Origin: Auanema rhodensis
Taxonomy: Eukaryota; Animalia; Nematoda
Direction: 5' to 3'
DNA: 64,000 nt
NCBI GenBank assembly: GCA_964057225.1
Contig: OZ059900.1
Span: 18,104,001 to 18,168,000, forward strand
Shown here: one piece after another, positions 13,101-28,500 of the stretch
Layout: each line of letters opens with the position of its first letter
Position numbering within the stretch: the first letter of the stretch is position 1
Made by a program: the position numbers and the translations under genes
Notes under the pieces: model-generated
Databases searched by the model: none
What the model was told of the DNA's origin: nothing
What the model saw: only the letters and a program-made list of their open reading frames with translations

Positions 13101-16100
13101 ACAAAAAAACAGGGGTTAGAAAATTAAGGAAATTAGCATATTCTGAGGGCACGCCCCTTATGGCTAATATTGATTAAATCGATTTTTGTTCATATGAGTC
13201 GTCAAATGCAACGAATTTCAGCGTGTCACATACTAAAATGAAGCATTTTACATGCTGAACGCTAGAAAAATACAAAAACACAGTATTTCCCATGAGAAAT
13301 ATTTTATTATGCTGGAAAACCAGTTTTTGGAAATTTCGCTGTAAACAAGGTTTTGACTTACGATTTCATGTGTTCAAACTCATGCAATGTCAATGAAACC
13401 TAGCTCAAAATTGTTCCTACAACGTCTAGTTCCACTTTCACGACAAAAAAACAGGGGTTAGAAAATTAAGGAAATTAGCATATTCTGAGGGCACGCCCTT
13501 TATGGCTAATATTGATTAAATCGATTTTTGTTCATATGAGTCGTCAAATGCAACGAATTTCAGCGTGTTACATACTAAAATGAAGCATTTTACATGCTGA
13601 ACGCTAGAAAAATACAAAAACACAGTATTTCCCATGAGAAATATTTTATTATGCTGGAAAACCAGTTTTTGGAAATTTCGCTGTAAACAAGGTTTTGACT
13701 TACGATTTCATGTGTTCAAACTCATGCAATGTCAATGAAACCTAGCTCAAAATTGTTGCTACAACGTCTAGTTCCACTTTCACGACAAAAAAACAGGGGT
13801 TAGAAAATTAAGGAAATTAGCATATTCTGAGGGCACGCCCCTTATGGCTAATATTGATTAAATCGATTTTTGTTCATATGAGTCGTCAAATGCAACGAAT
13901 TTCAGCGTGTTACATACTAAAATGAAGCATTTTACATGTTGAACACTAGAAAAATACAAAAACACAGTATTTCCCATGAGAAATATTTTATTATGCTGGA
14001 AAACCAGTTTTTGGAAATTTCGCTGTAAACAAGGTTTTGACTTACGATTTCATGTGTTCAAACTCATGCAATGTCAATGAAACCTAGCTCAAAATTGTTC
14101 GTACAACGTCTAGTTCCACTTTCACGACAAAAAAACAGGGGTTAGAAAATTAAGGAAATTAGCATATTCTGAGGGCACGCCCCCTTATGGCTAATATTGA
14201 TTAAATCGATTTTTGTTCATATGAGTCGTCAAATGCAACGAATTTCAGCGTGTCACATACTAAAATGAAGCATTTTACATGCTGAACGCTAGAAAAATAC
14301 AAAAACACAGTATTTCCCATGAGAAATATTTTATTATGCTGGAAAACCAGTTTTTGGAAATTTCGCTGTAAACAAGGTTTTGACTTACGATTTCATGTGT
14401 TCAAACTCATGCAATGTCAATGAAACCTAGTTCAAAATTGTTCCTACAACGTCTAGTTCCACTTTCACGACAAAAAAACAGGGGTTAGAAAATTAAGGAA
14501 ATTAGCATATTCTGAGAGCACGCCCTTTATGGCTAATATTGATTAAATCGATTTTTGTTCATATGAGTCGTCAAATGCAACGAATTTCAGCGTGTTACAT
14601 ACTAAAATGAAGCATTTTACATGCTGAACACTAGAAAAATACAAAAACATAGTATTTCCCATGAGAAATATTTTATTATGCTGGAAAACCAGTTTTTGGA
14701 AATTTCGCTGTAAACAAGGTTTTGACTTACGATTTCATGTGTTCAAACTCATGCAATGTCAATGAAACCTAGCTCAAAATTGTTCCTACAACGTCTAGTT
14801 CCACTTTCACGACAAAAAAACAGGGGTTAGAAAATTAAGGAAATTAGCATATTCTGAGGGCACGCCCTTTATGGCTAATATTGATTAAATCGATTTTTGT
14901 TCATATGAGTCGTCAAATGCAACGAATTTCAGCGTGTTACATACTAAAATGAAGCATTTCACATGCTGAACACTAGAAAAATACAAAAACACAGTATTTC
15001 CCATGAGAAATATTTTATTATGCTGGAAAACCAGTTTTTGGAAATTTCGCTGTAAACAAGGTTTTGACTTACGATTTCATGTGTTCAAACTCATGCAATG
15101 TCAATGAAACCTAGCTCAAAATTGTTCGTACAACGTCTGGTTCCACTTTCACGACAAAAAAACAGGGGTTAGAAAATTAAGGAAATTAGCATATTCTGAG
15201 GGCACGCCCCTTATGGCTAATATTGATTAAATCGATTTTTGTTCATATGAGTCGTCAAATGCAACGAATTTCAGCGTGTTACATACTAAAATGAAGCATT
15301 TTACATGCTGAACACTAGAAAAATACAAAAACACAGTATTTCCCATGAGAAATATTTTATTATGCTGGAAAACCAGTTTTTGGAAATTTCGCTGTAAACA
15401 AGGTTTTGACTTACGATTTCATGTGTTCAAACTCATGCAATGTCAATGAAACCTAGCTCAAAATTGTTCGTACAACGTCTAGTTCCACTTTCACGACAAA
15501 AAAACAGGGGTTAGAAAATTAAGGAAATTAGCATATTCTGAGGGCACGCCCCCTTATGGCTAATATTGATTAAATCGATTTTTGTTCATATGAGTCGTCA
15601 AATGCAACGAATTTCAGCGTGTTACATACTAAAATGAAGCATTTTACATGCTGAACACTAGAAAAATACAAAAACACAGTATTTCCCATGAGAAATATTT
15701 TATTATGCTGGAAAACCAGTTTTTGAAAATTTCGCTGTAAACAAGGTTTTGACTTACGATTTCATGTTTTCAAACTCATGCAATGTCAATGAAACCTAGC
15801 TCAAAATTGTTCGTACAACGTCTAGTTCCACTTTCACGACAAAAAAACAGGGGTTAGAAAATTAAGGAAATTAGCATATTCTGAGGGCACGCCCCCTTAT
15901 GGCTAATATTGATTAAATCGATTTTTGTTCATATGAGTCGTCAAATGCAACGAATTTCAGCGTGTTACATACTAAAATGAAGCATTTTACATGCTGAACA
16001 CTAGAAAAATACAAAAACACAGTATTTCCCATGAGAAATATTTTATTATGCTGGAAAACCAGTTTTTGGAAATTTCGCTGTAAACAAGGTTTTGACTTAC

Positions 16101-19100
16101 GATTTCATGTGTTCAAACTCATGCAATGTCAATGAAACCTAGCTCAAAATTGTTCGTACAACGTCTAGTTCCACTTTCACGACAAAAAAACAGGGGTTAG
16201 AAAATTAAGGAAATTAGCATATTCTGAGGGCACGCCCCTTATGGCTAATATTGATTAAATCGATTTTTGTTCATATGAGTCGTCAAATGCAACGAATTTC
16301 AGCGTGTTACATACTAAAATGAAGCATTTTACATGCTGAACACTAGAAAAATACAAAAACACAGTATTTCCCATGAGAAATATTTTATTATGCTGGAAAA
16401 CCAGTTTTTGGAAATTTCGCTGTAAACAAGGTTTTGACTTACGATTTTATGTGTTCAAACTCATGCAATGTCAATGAAACCTAGCTCAAAATTGTTCGTA
16501 CAACGTCTAGTTCCACTTTCACGACAAAAAAACAGGGGTTAGAAAATTAAGGAAATTAGCATATTCTGAGGGCACGCCCCCTTATGGCTAATATTGATTA
16601 AATCGATTTTTGTTCATATGAGTCGTCAAATGCAACGAATTTCAGCGTGTTACATACTAAAATGAAGCATTTTACATGCAGAACACTAGAAAAATACAAA
16701 AACACAGTATTTCCCATGAGAAATATTTTATTATGCTGGAAAACCAGTTTTTGGAAATTTCGCTGTAAACAAGGTTTTGACTTACGATTTCATGTGTTCA
16801 AACTCATGCAATGTCAATGAAACCTAGCTCAAAATTGTTCGTACAACGTCTAGTTCCACTTTCACGACAAAAAAACAGGGGTTAGAAAATTAAGGAAATT
16901 AGCATATTCTGAGGGCACGCCCTTTATGGCTAATATTGATTAAATCGATTTTTGTTCATATGAGTCGTCAAATGCAACGAATTTCAGCGTGTTACGTACT
17001 AAAATGAAGCATTTTACATGCTGAACACTAGAAAAATACAAAAACACAGTATTTCCCATGAGAAATATTTTATTATGCTGGAAAACCAGTTTTTGAAAAT
17101 TTCGCTGTAAACAAGGTTTTGACTTACGATTTCATGTGTTCAAACTCATGCAATGTCAATGAAACCTAGCTCAAATTTGTTCCTACAACGTCTAGTTCCA
17201 CTTTCACGACAAAAAAACAGGGGTTAGAAAATTAAGGAAATTAGCATATTCTGAGGGCACGCCCCTTATGGCTAATATTGATTAAATCGATTTTTGTTCA
17301 TATGAGTCGTCAAATGCAACGAATTTCAGCGTGTTACATACTAAAATGAAGCATTTTACATGCTGAACACTAGAAAAATACAAAAACACAGTATTTCCCA
17401 TGAGAAATATTTTATTATGCTGGAAAACCAGTTTTTGGAAATTTCGCTGTAAACAAGGTTTTGACTTACGATTTCATGTGTTCAAACTCATGCAATGTCA
17501 ATGAAACCTAGCTCAAAATTGTTCCTACAACGTCTAGTTCCACTTTCACGACAAAAAAACAGGGGTTAGAAAATTAAGGAAATTAGCATATTCTGAGGGC
17601 ACGCCCTTTATGGCTAATATTGATTAAATCGATTTTTGTTCATATGAGTCGTCAAATGCAACGAATTTCAGCGTGTTACATACTAAAATGAAGCATTTCA
17701 CATGCTGAACACTAGAAAAATACAAAAACACAGTATTTCCCATGAGAAATATTTTATTATGCTGGAAAACCAGTTTTTGGAAATTTCGCTGTAAACAAGG
17801 TTTTGACTTACGATTTCATGTGTTCAAACTCATGCAATGTCAATGAAACCTAGCTCAAAATTGTTCGTACAACGTCTAGTTCCACTTTCACGACTAAAAA
17901 ACAGGGGTTAGAAAATTAAGGAAATTAGCATATTCTGAGGGCACGCCCCTTATGGCTAATATTGATTAAATCGATTTTTGTTCATATGAGTCGTCAAATG
18001 CAACGAATTTCAGCGTGTTACATACTAAAATGAAGCATTTCACATGCTGAACACTAGAAAAAAACAAAAACACAGTATTTCCCATGAGAAATATTTTATT
18101 ATGCTGGAAAACCAGTTTTTGGAAATTTCGCTGTAAACAAGGTTTTGACTTACGATTTCATGTGTTCAAACTCATGCAATGTCAATGAAACCCAGCTCAA
18201 AATTGTTCGTACAACGTCTAGTTCCACTTTCACGACAAAAAAACAGGGGTTAGAAAATTAAGGAAATTAGCATATTCTGAGGGCACGCCCCTTATGGCTA
18301 ATATTGATTAAATCGATTTTTGTTCATAGGAGTCGTCAAATGCAACGAATTTCAGCGTGTTACATACTAAAATGAAGCATTTTACATGCTGAACACTAGA
18401 AAAATACAAAAACACAGTATTTCCCATGAGAAATATTTTATTATGCTGGAAAACCAGTTTTTGGAAATTTCGCTGTAAACAAGGTTTTGACTTACGATTT
18501 CATGTGTTCAAACTCATGCAATGTCAATGAAACCTAGCTCAAAATTGTTCGTACAACGTCTAGTTCCACTTTCACGACAAAAAAACAGGGGTTAGAAAAT
18601 TAAGGAAATTAGCATATTCTGAGGGCACGCCCCTTATGGCTAATATTGATTAAATCGATTTTTGTTCATATGAGTCGTCAAATGCAACGAATTTCAGCGT
18701 GTTACATACTAAAATGAAGCATTTTACATGCTGAACACTAGAAAAATACAAAAACACAGTATTTCCCATGAGAAATATTTTATTATGCTGGAAAACCAGT
18801 TTTTGGAAATTTCGCTGTAAACAAGGTTTTGACTTACGATTTCATGTGTTCAAACTCATGCAATGTCAATGAAACCCAGCTCAAAATTGTTCGTACAACG
18901 TCTAGTTCCACTTTCACGACAAAAAAACAGGGGTTAGAAAATTAAGGAAATTAGCATATTCTGAGGGCACGCCCCTTATGGCTAATATTGATTAAATCGA
19001 TTTTTGTTCATATGAGTCGTCAAATGCAACGAATTTCAGCGTGTTACATACTAAAATGAAGCATTTTACATGCTGAACACTAGAAAAATACAAAAACACA

Positions 19101-22100
19101 GTATTTCCCATGAGAAATATTTTATTATGCTGGAAAACCAGTTTTTGGAAATTTCGCTGTAAACAAGGTTTTGACTTACGATTTCATGTGTTCAAACTCA
19201 TGCAATGTCAATGAAACCTAGCTCAAAATTGTTCGTACAACGTCTAGTTCCACTTTCACGACAAAAAAACAGGGGTTAGAAAATTAAGGAAATTAGCATA
19301 TTCTGAGGGCACGCCCCTTATGGCTAATATTGATTAAATCGATTTTTGTTCATATGAGTCGTCAAATGCAACGAATTTCAGCGTGTTACATACTAAAATG
19401 AAGCATTTTACATGCTGAACACTAGAAAAATACAAAAACACAGTATTTCCCATGAGAAATATTTTATTATGCTGGAAAACCAGTTTTTGGAAATTTCGCT
19501 GTAAACAAGGTTTTGACTTACGATTTCATGTGTTCAAACTCATGCAATGTCAATGAAACCCAGCTCAAAATTGTTCGTACAACGTCTAGTTCCACTTTCA
19601 CGACAAAAAAACAGGGGTTAGAAAATTAAGGAAATTAGCATATTCTGAGGGCACGCCCCTTATGGCTAATATTGATTAAATCGATTTTTGTTCATATGAG
19701 TCGTCAAATGCAACGAATTTCAGCGTGTTACATACTAAAATGAAGCATTTTACATGCTGAACACTAGAAAAATACAAAAACACAGTATTTCCCATGAGAA
19801 ATATTTTATTATGCTGGAAAACCAGTTTTTGGAAATTTCGCTGTAAACAAGGTTTTGACTTACGATTTCATGTGTTCAAACTCATGCAATGTCAATAAAA
19901 CCTAGCTCAAAATTGTTCGTACAACGTCTAGTTCCACTTTCACGACAAAAAAACAGGTGTTAGAAAATTAAGGAAATTAGCATATTCTGAGGGCACGCCC
20001 CTTATGGCTAATATTGATTAAATCGATTTTTGTTCATATGAGTCGTCAAATGCAACGAATTTCAGCGTGTTACATACTAAAATGAAGCATTTTACATGCT
20101 GAACACTAGAAAAATACAAAAACACAGTATTTCCCATGAGAAATATTTTATTATGCTGGAAAACCAGTTTTTGAAAATTTCGCTGTAAACAAGGTTTTGA
20201 CTTACGATTTCATGTGTTCAAACTCATGCAATGTCAATGAAACCTAGCTCAAAATTGTTCCTACAACGTCTAGTTCCACTTTCACGACAAAAAAACAGGG
20301 GTTAGAAAATTAAGGAAATTAGCATATTCTGAGGGCACGCCCTTTATGGCTAATATTGATTAAATCGATTTTTGTTCATATGAGTCGTCAAATGCAACGA
20401 ATTTCAGCGTGTTACATACTAAAATGAAGCATTTTACATGCTGAACACTAGAAAAATACAAAAACACAGTATTTCCCATGAGAAATATTTTATTATGCTG
20501 GAAAACCAGTTTTTGAAAATTTCGCTGTAAACAAGGTTTTGACTTACGATTTCATGTGTTCAAACTCATGCAATGTCAATGAAACCTAGCTCAAAATTGT
20601 TCCTACAACGTCTAGTTCCACTTTCACGACAAAAAAACAGGGGTTAGAAAATTAAGGAAATTAGCATATTCTGAGGGCACGCCCCTTATGGCTAATATTG
20701 ATTAAATCGATTTTTGTTCATATGAGTCGTCAAATGCAACGAATTTCAGCGTGTTACATACTAAAATGAAGCATTTTACATGCTGAACACTAGAAAAATA
20801 CAAAAACACAGTATTTCCCATGAGAAATATTTTATTATGCTGGAAAACCAGTTTTTGAAAATTTCGCTGTAAACAAGGTTTTGACTTACGATTTCATGTG
20901 TTCAAACTCATGCAATGTCAATGAAACCTAGCTCAAAATTGTTCCTACAACGTCTAGTTCCACTTTCACGACAAAAAAACAGGGGTTAGAAAATTAAGGA
21001 AATTAGCATATTCTGAGGGCACGCCCTTTATGGCTAATATTGATTAAATCGATTTTTGTTCATATGAGTCGTCAAATGCAACGAATTTCAGCGTGTTACA
21101 TACTAAAATGAAGCATTTTACATGCTGAACACTAGAAAAATACAAAAACACAGTATTTCCCATGAGAAATATTTTATTATGCTGGAAAACCAGTTTTTGA
21201 AAATTTCGCTGTAAACAAGGTTTTGACTTACGATTTCATGTGTTCAAACTCATGCAATGTCAATGAAACCTAGCTCAAAATTGTTCCTACAACGTCTAGT
21301 TCCACTTTCACGACAAAAAAACAGGGGTTAGAAAATTAAGGAAATTAGCATATTCTGAGGGCACGCCCCTTATGGCTAATATTGATTAAATCGATTTTTG
21401 TTCATATGAGTCGTCAAATGCAACGAATTTCAGCGTGTTACATACTAAAATGAAGCATTTTACATGCTGAACACTAGAAAAATACAAAAACACAGTATTT
21501 CCCATGAGAAATATTTTATTATGCTGGAAAACCAGTTTTTGGAAATTTCGCTGTAAACAAGGTTTTGACTTACGATTTCATGTGTTCAAACTCATGCAAT
21601 GTCAATGAAACCTAGCTCAAAATTGTTCCTACAACGTCTAGTTCCACTTTCACGACAAAAAAACAGGGGTTAGAAAATTAAGGAAATTAGCATATTCTGA
21701 GGGCACGCCCTTTATGGCTAATATTGATTAAATCGATTTTTGTTCATATGAGTCGTCAAATGCAACGAATTTCAGCGTGTTACATACTAAAATGAAGCAT
21801 TTCACATGCTGAACACTAGAAAAATACAAAAACACAGTATTTCCCATGAGAAATATTTTATTATGCTGGAAAACCAGTTTTTGGAAATTTCGCTGTAAAC
21901 AAGGTTTTGACTTACGATTTCATGTGTTCAAACTCATGCAATGTCAATGAAACCTAGCTCAAAATTGTTCGTACAACGTCTAGTTCCACTTTCACGACAA
22001 AAAAACAGGGGTTAGAAAATTAAGGAAATTAGCATATTCTGAGGGCACGCCCCTTATGGCTAATATTGATTAAATCGATTTTTGTTCATATGAGTCGTCA

Positions 22101-22581
22101 AATGCAACGAATTTCAGCGTGTTACATACTAAAATGAAGCATTTTACATGCTGAACACTAGAAAAATACAAAAACACAGTAATACCCATGAGAAATATTT
22201 TATTATGCTGGAAAACCAGTTTTTGGAAATTTCGCTGTAAACAAGGTTTTGACTTACGATTTCATGTGTTCAAACTCATGCAATGTCAATGAAACCTAGC
22301 TCAAAATTGTTCGTACAACGTCTAGTTCCACTTTCACGACAAAAAAACAGGGGTTAGAAAATTAAGGAAATTAGCATATTCTGAGGGCACGCCCCTTATG
22401 GCTAATATTGATTAAATCGATTTTTGTTCATATGAGTCGTCAAATGCAACGAATTTCAGCGTGTTACATACTAAAATGAAGCATTTTACATGCTGAACAC
22501 TAGAAAAATACAAAAACACAGTAATACCCATGAGAAATATTTTATTATGCTGGAAAACCAGTTTTTGGAAATTTCGCTGTA
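2396..22581. repeat. Large block duplication with a 31-monomer (10606 bp) offset: 2396-11975 (M8-35) matches 13002-22581 (M39-66)
   Basis: Rare variants recur in identical order 31 monomers apart: CTGGTT (M14/45), ATGTTTTC (M16/47), GCAGAAC (M18/49), CAAATTTG (M20/51), GACTA (M22/53), CATAGG (M23/54), AATAAAA+GGTGTT (M28/59), TAATAC x2 (M34-35/65-66). Four differences seen in 9580 bp. Confidence 0.93.
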
Positions 22582-25500
22582 AACAAGGTTTTGACTTACG
22601 ATTTCATGTGTTCAAACTCATGCAATGTCAATGAAACCTAGCTCAAAATTGTTAATACAATGTCTAGTTCCACTTTCACGACAAAAAAACAGGGGTTAGA
22701 AAATTAAGGAAATTAGCATATTCTGAGGGCACGCCCCTTATGGCTAATATTGATTAAATCGATTTTTGTTCATATGAGTCGTCAAATGCAACGAATTTCA
22801 GCGTGTTACATACTAAAATGAAGCATTTTACATGCTGAACACTAGAAAAATACAAAAACACAGTATTTCCCATGAGAAATATTTTATTATGCTGGAAAAC
22901 CAGTTTTTGGAAATTTCGCTGTAAACAAGGTTTTGACTTACGATTTCATGTGTTCAAACTCATGCAATGTCAATGAAACCCAGCTCAAAATTGTTCGTAC
23001 AACGTCTAGTTCCACTTTCACGACAAAAAAACAGGGGTTAGAAAATTAAGGAAATTAGCATATTCTGAGGGCACGCCCCTTATGGCTAATATTGATTAAA
23101 TCGATTTTTGTTCATATGAGTCGTCAAATGCAACGAATTTCAGCGTGTTACATACTAAAATGAAGCATTTTACATGCTGAACACTAGAAAAATACAAAAA
23201 CACAGTATTTCCCATGAGAAATATTTTATTATGCTGGAAAACCAGTTTTTGGAAATTTCGCTGTAAACAAGATTTTGACTTACAATTTCATGTGTTCAAA
23301 CTCATGCAATGTCAATGAAACCTAGCTCAAAATTGTTCGTACAACGTCTAGTTCCACTTTCACGACAAAAAAACAGGGGTTAGAAAAGTAAGGAAATTAG
23401 CATATTCTGAGGGCACGCCCCTTATGGCTAATATTGATTAAATCGATTTTTGTTCATATGAGTCGTCAAATGCAACGAATTTCAGCGTGTTACATACTAA
23501 AATGAAGCATTTTACATGCTGAACACTAGAAAAATACAAAAACACAGTATTTCCCATGAGAAATATTTTATTATGCTGGAAAACCAGTTTTTGAAAATTT
23601 CGCTGTAAACAAGGTTTTGACTTACGATTTCATGTGTTCAAACTCATGCAATGTCAATGAAACCTAGCTCAAAATTGTTCCTACAACGTCTAGTTCCACT
23701 TTCACGACAAAAAAACAGGGGTTAGAAAATTAAGGAAATTAGCATATTCTGAGGGCACGCCCCTTATGGCTAATATTGATTAAATCGATTTTTGTTCATA
23801 TGAGTCGTCAAATGCAACGAATTTCAGCGTGTTACATACTAAAATGAAGCATTTTACATGCTGAACACTAGAAAAATACAAAAACACAGTATTTCCCATG
23901 AGAAATATTTTATTATGCTGGAAAACCAGTTTTTGAAAATTTCGCTGTAAACAAGGTTTTGACTTACGATTTCATGTGTTCAAACTCATGCAATGTCAAT
24001 GAAACCTAGCTCAAAATTGTTCCTACAACGTCTAGTTCCACTTTCACGACAAAAAAACAGGGGTTAGAAAATTAAGGAAATTAGCATATTCTGAGGGCAC
24101 GCCCTTTATGGCTAATATTGATTAAATCGATTTTTGTTCATATGAGTCGTCAAATGCAACGAATTTCAGCGTGTTACATACTAAAATGAAGCATTTTACA
24201 TGCTGAACACTAGAAAAATACAAAAACACAGTATTTCCCATGAGAAATATTTTATTATGCTGGAAAACCAGTTTTTGAAAATTTCGCTGTAAACAAGGTT
24301 TTGACTTACGATTTCATGTGTTCAAACTCATGCAATGTCAATGAAACCTAGCTCAAAATTGTTCCTACAACGTCTAGTTCCACTTTCACGACAAAAAAAC
24401 AGGGGTTAGAAAATTAAGGAAATTAGCATATTCTGAGGGCACGCCCCTTATGGCTAATATTGATTAAATCGATTTTTGTTCATATGAGTCGTCAAATGCA
24501 ACGAATTTCAGCGTGTTACATACTAAAATGAAGCATTTTACATGCTGAACACTAGAAAAATACAAAAACACAGTATTTCCCATGAGAAATATTTTATTAT
24601 GCTGGAAAACCAGTTTTTGGAAATTTCGCTGTAAACAAGGTTTTGACTTACGATTTCATGTGTTCAAACTCATGCAATGTCAATGAAACCTAGCTCAAAA
24701 TTGTTCCTACAACGTCTAGTTCCACTTTCACGACAAAAAAACAGGGGTTAGAAAATTAAGGAAATTAGCATATTCTGAGGGCACGCCCTTTATGGCTAAT
24801 ATTGATTAAATCGATTTTTGTTCATATGAGTCGTCAAATGCAACGAATTTCAGCGTGTTACATACTAAAATGAAGCATTTCACATGCTGAACACTAGAAA
24901 AATACAAAAACACAGTATTTCCCATGAGAAATATTTTATTATGCTGGAAAACCAGTTTTTGGAAATTTCGCTGTAAACAAGGTTTTGACTTACGATTTCA
25001 TGTGTTCAAACTCATGCAATGTCAATGAAACCTAGCTCAAAATTGTTCGTACAACGTCTAGTTCCACTTTCACGACAAAAAAACAGGGGTTAGAAAATTA
25101 AGGAAATTAGCATATTCTGAGGGCACGCCCCTTATGGCTAATATTGATTAAATCGATTTTTGTTCATATGAGTCGTCAAATGCAACGAATTTCAGCGTGT
25201 TACATACTAAAATGAAGCATTTTACATGCTGAACACTAGAAAAATACAAAAACACAGTAATACCCATGAGAAATATTTTATTATGCTGGAAAACCAGTTT
25301 TTGGAAATTTCGCTGTAAACAAGGTTTTGACTTACGATTTCATGTGTTCAAACTCATGCAATGTCAATGAAACCTAGCTCAAAATTGTTCGTACAACGTC
25401 TAGTTCCACTTTCACGACAAAAAAACAGGGGTTAGAAAATTAAGGAAATTAGCATATTCTGAGGGCACGCCCCTTATGGCTAATATTGATTAAATCGATT

Positions 25501-28500
25501 TTTGTTCATATGAGTCGTCAAATGCAACGAATTTCAGCGTGTTACATACTAAAATGAAGCATTTTACATGCTGAACACTAGAAAAATACAAAAACACAGT
25601 AATACCCATGAGAAATATTTTATTATGCTGGAAAACCAGTTTTTGGAAATTTCGCTGTAAACAAGGTTTTGACTTACCATTTCATGTGTTCAAACTCATG
25701 CAATGTCAATGAAACCTAGCTCAAAATTGTTAATACAATGTCTAGTTCCACTTTCACGACAAAAAAACAGGGGTTAGAAAATTAAGGAAATTAGCATATT
25801 CTGAGGGCACGCCCCTTATGGCTAATATTGATTAAATCGATTTTTGTTCATATGAGTCGTCAAATGCAACGAATTTCAGCGTGTTACATACTAAAATAAA
25901 GCATTTTACATGCTGAACACTAGAAAAATACAAAAACACAGTAATACCCATGAGAAATATTTTATTATGCTGGAAAACCAGTTTTTGGAAATTTCGCTGT
26001 AAACAAGGTTTTGACTTACGATTTCATGTGTTCAAACTCATGCAATGTCAATGAAACCTAGCTCAAAATTGTTAATACAATGTCTAGTTCCACTTTCACG
26101 ACAAAAAAACAGGGGTTAGAAAATTAAGGAAATTAGCATATTCTGAGGGCACGCCCCTTATGGCTAATATTGATTAAATCGATTTTTGTTCATATGAGTC
26201 GTCAAATGCAACGAATTTCAGCGTGTTACATACTAAAATGAAGCATTTTACATGCTGAACACTAGAAAAATACAAAAACACAGTAATACCCATGAGAAAT
26301 ATTTTATTATGCTGGAAAACCAGTTTTTGGAAATTTCGCTGTAAACAAGGTTTTGACTTACGATTTCATGTGTTCAAACTCATGCAATGTCAATGAAACC
26401 TAGCTCAAAATTGTTAATACAATGTCTAGTTCCACTTTCACGACAAAAAAACAGGGGTTAGAAAATTAAGGAAATTAGCATATTCTGAGGGCACGCCCCT
26501 TATGGCTAATATTGATTAAATCGATTTTTGTTCATATGAGTCGTCAAATGCAACGAATTTCAGCGTGTTACATACTAAAATGAAGCATTTTACATGCTGA
26601 ACACTAGAAAAATACAAAAACACAGTATTTCCCATGAGAAATATTTTATTATGCTGGAAAACCAGTTTTTGGAAATTTCGCTGTAAACAAGGTTTTGACT
26701 TACGATTTCATGTGTTCAAACTCATGCAATGTCAATGAAACCCAGCTCAAAATTGTTCGTACAACGTCTAGTTCCACTTTCACGACAAAAAAACAGGGGT
26801 TAGAAAATTAAGGAAATTAGCATATTCTGAGGGCACGCCCCTTATGGCTAATATTGATTAAATCGATTTTTGTTCATATGAGTCGTCAAATGCAACGAAT
26901 TTCAGCGTGTTACATACTAAAATGAAGCATTTTACATGCTGAACACTAGAAAAATACAAAAACACAGTATTTCCCATGAGAAATATTTTATTATGCTGGA
27001 AAACCAGTTTTTGGAAATTTCGCTGTAAACAAGATTTTGACTTACAATTTCATGTGTTCAAACTCATGCAATGTCAATGAAACCTAGCTCAAAATTGTTC
27101 GTACAACGTCTAGTTCCACTTTCACGACAAAAAAACAGGGGTTAGAAAAGTAAGGAAATTAGCATATTCTGAGGGCACGCCCCTTATGGCTAATATTGAT
27201 TAAATCGATTTTTGTTCATATGAGTCGTCAAATGCAACGAATTTCAGCGTGTTACATACTAAAATGAAGCATTTTACATGCTGAACACTAGAAAAATACA
27301 AAAACACAGTATTTCCCATGAGAAATATTTTATTATGCTGGAAAACCAGTTTTTGAAAATTTCGCTGTAAACAAGGTTTTGACTTACGATTTCATGTGTT
27401 CAAACTCATGCAATGTCAATGAAACCTAGCTCAAAATTGTTCCTACAACGTCTAGTTCCACTTTCACGACAAAAAAACAGGGGTTAGAAAATTAAGGAAA
27501 TTAGCATATTCTGAGGGCACGCCCCTTATGGCTAATATTGATTAAATCGATTTTTGTTCATATGAGTCGTCAAATGCAACGAATTTCAGCGTGTTACATA
27601 CTAAAATGAAGCATTTTACATGCTGAACACTAGAAAAATACAAAAACACAGTATTTCCCATGAGAAATATTTTATTATGCTGGAAAACCAGTTTTTGAAA
27701 ATTTCGCTGTAAACAAGGTTTTGACTTACGATTTCATGTGTTCAAACTCATGCAATGTCAATGAAACCTAGCTCAAAATTGTTCCTACAACGTCTAGTTC
27801 CACTTTCACGACAAAAAAACAGGGGTTAGAAAATTAAGGAAATTAGCATATTCTGAGGGCACGCCCTTTATGGCTAATATTGATTAAATCGATTTTTGTT
27901 CATATGAGTCGTCAAATGCAACGAATTTCAGCGTGTTACATACTAAAATGAAGCATTTTACATGCTGAACACTAGAAAAATACAAAAACACAGTATTTCC
28001 CATGAGAAATATTTTATTATGCTGGAAAACCAGTTTTTGAAAATTTCGCTGTAAACAAGGTTTTGACTTACGATTTCATGTGTTCAAACTCATGCAATGT
28101 CAATGAAACCTAGCTCAAAATTGTTCCTACAACGTCTAGTTCCACTTTCACGACAAAAAAACAGGGGTTAGAAAATTAAGGAAATTAGCATATTCTGAGG
28201 GCACGCCCCTTATGGCTAATATTGATTAAATCGATTTTTGTTCATATGAGTCGTCAAATGCAACGAATTTCAGCGTGTTACATACTAAAATGAAGCATTT
28301 TACATGCTGAACACTAGAAAAATACAAAAACACAGTATTTCCCATGAGAAATATTTTATTATGCTGGAAAACCAGTTTTTGGAAATTTCGCTGTAAACAA
28401 GGTTTTGACTTACGATTTCATGTGTTCAAACTCATGCAATGTCAATGAAACCTAGCTCAAAATTGTTCCTACAACGTCTAGTTCCACTTTCACGACAAAA

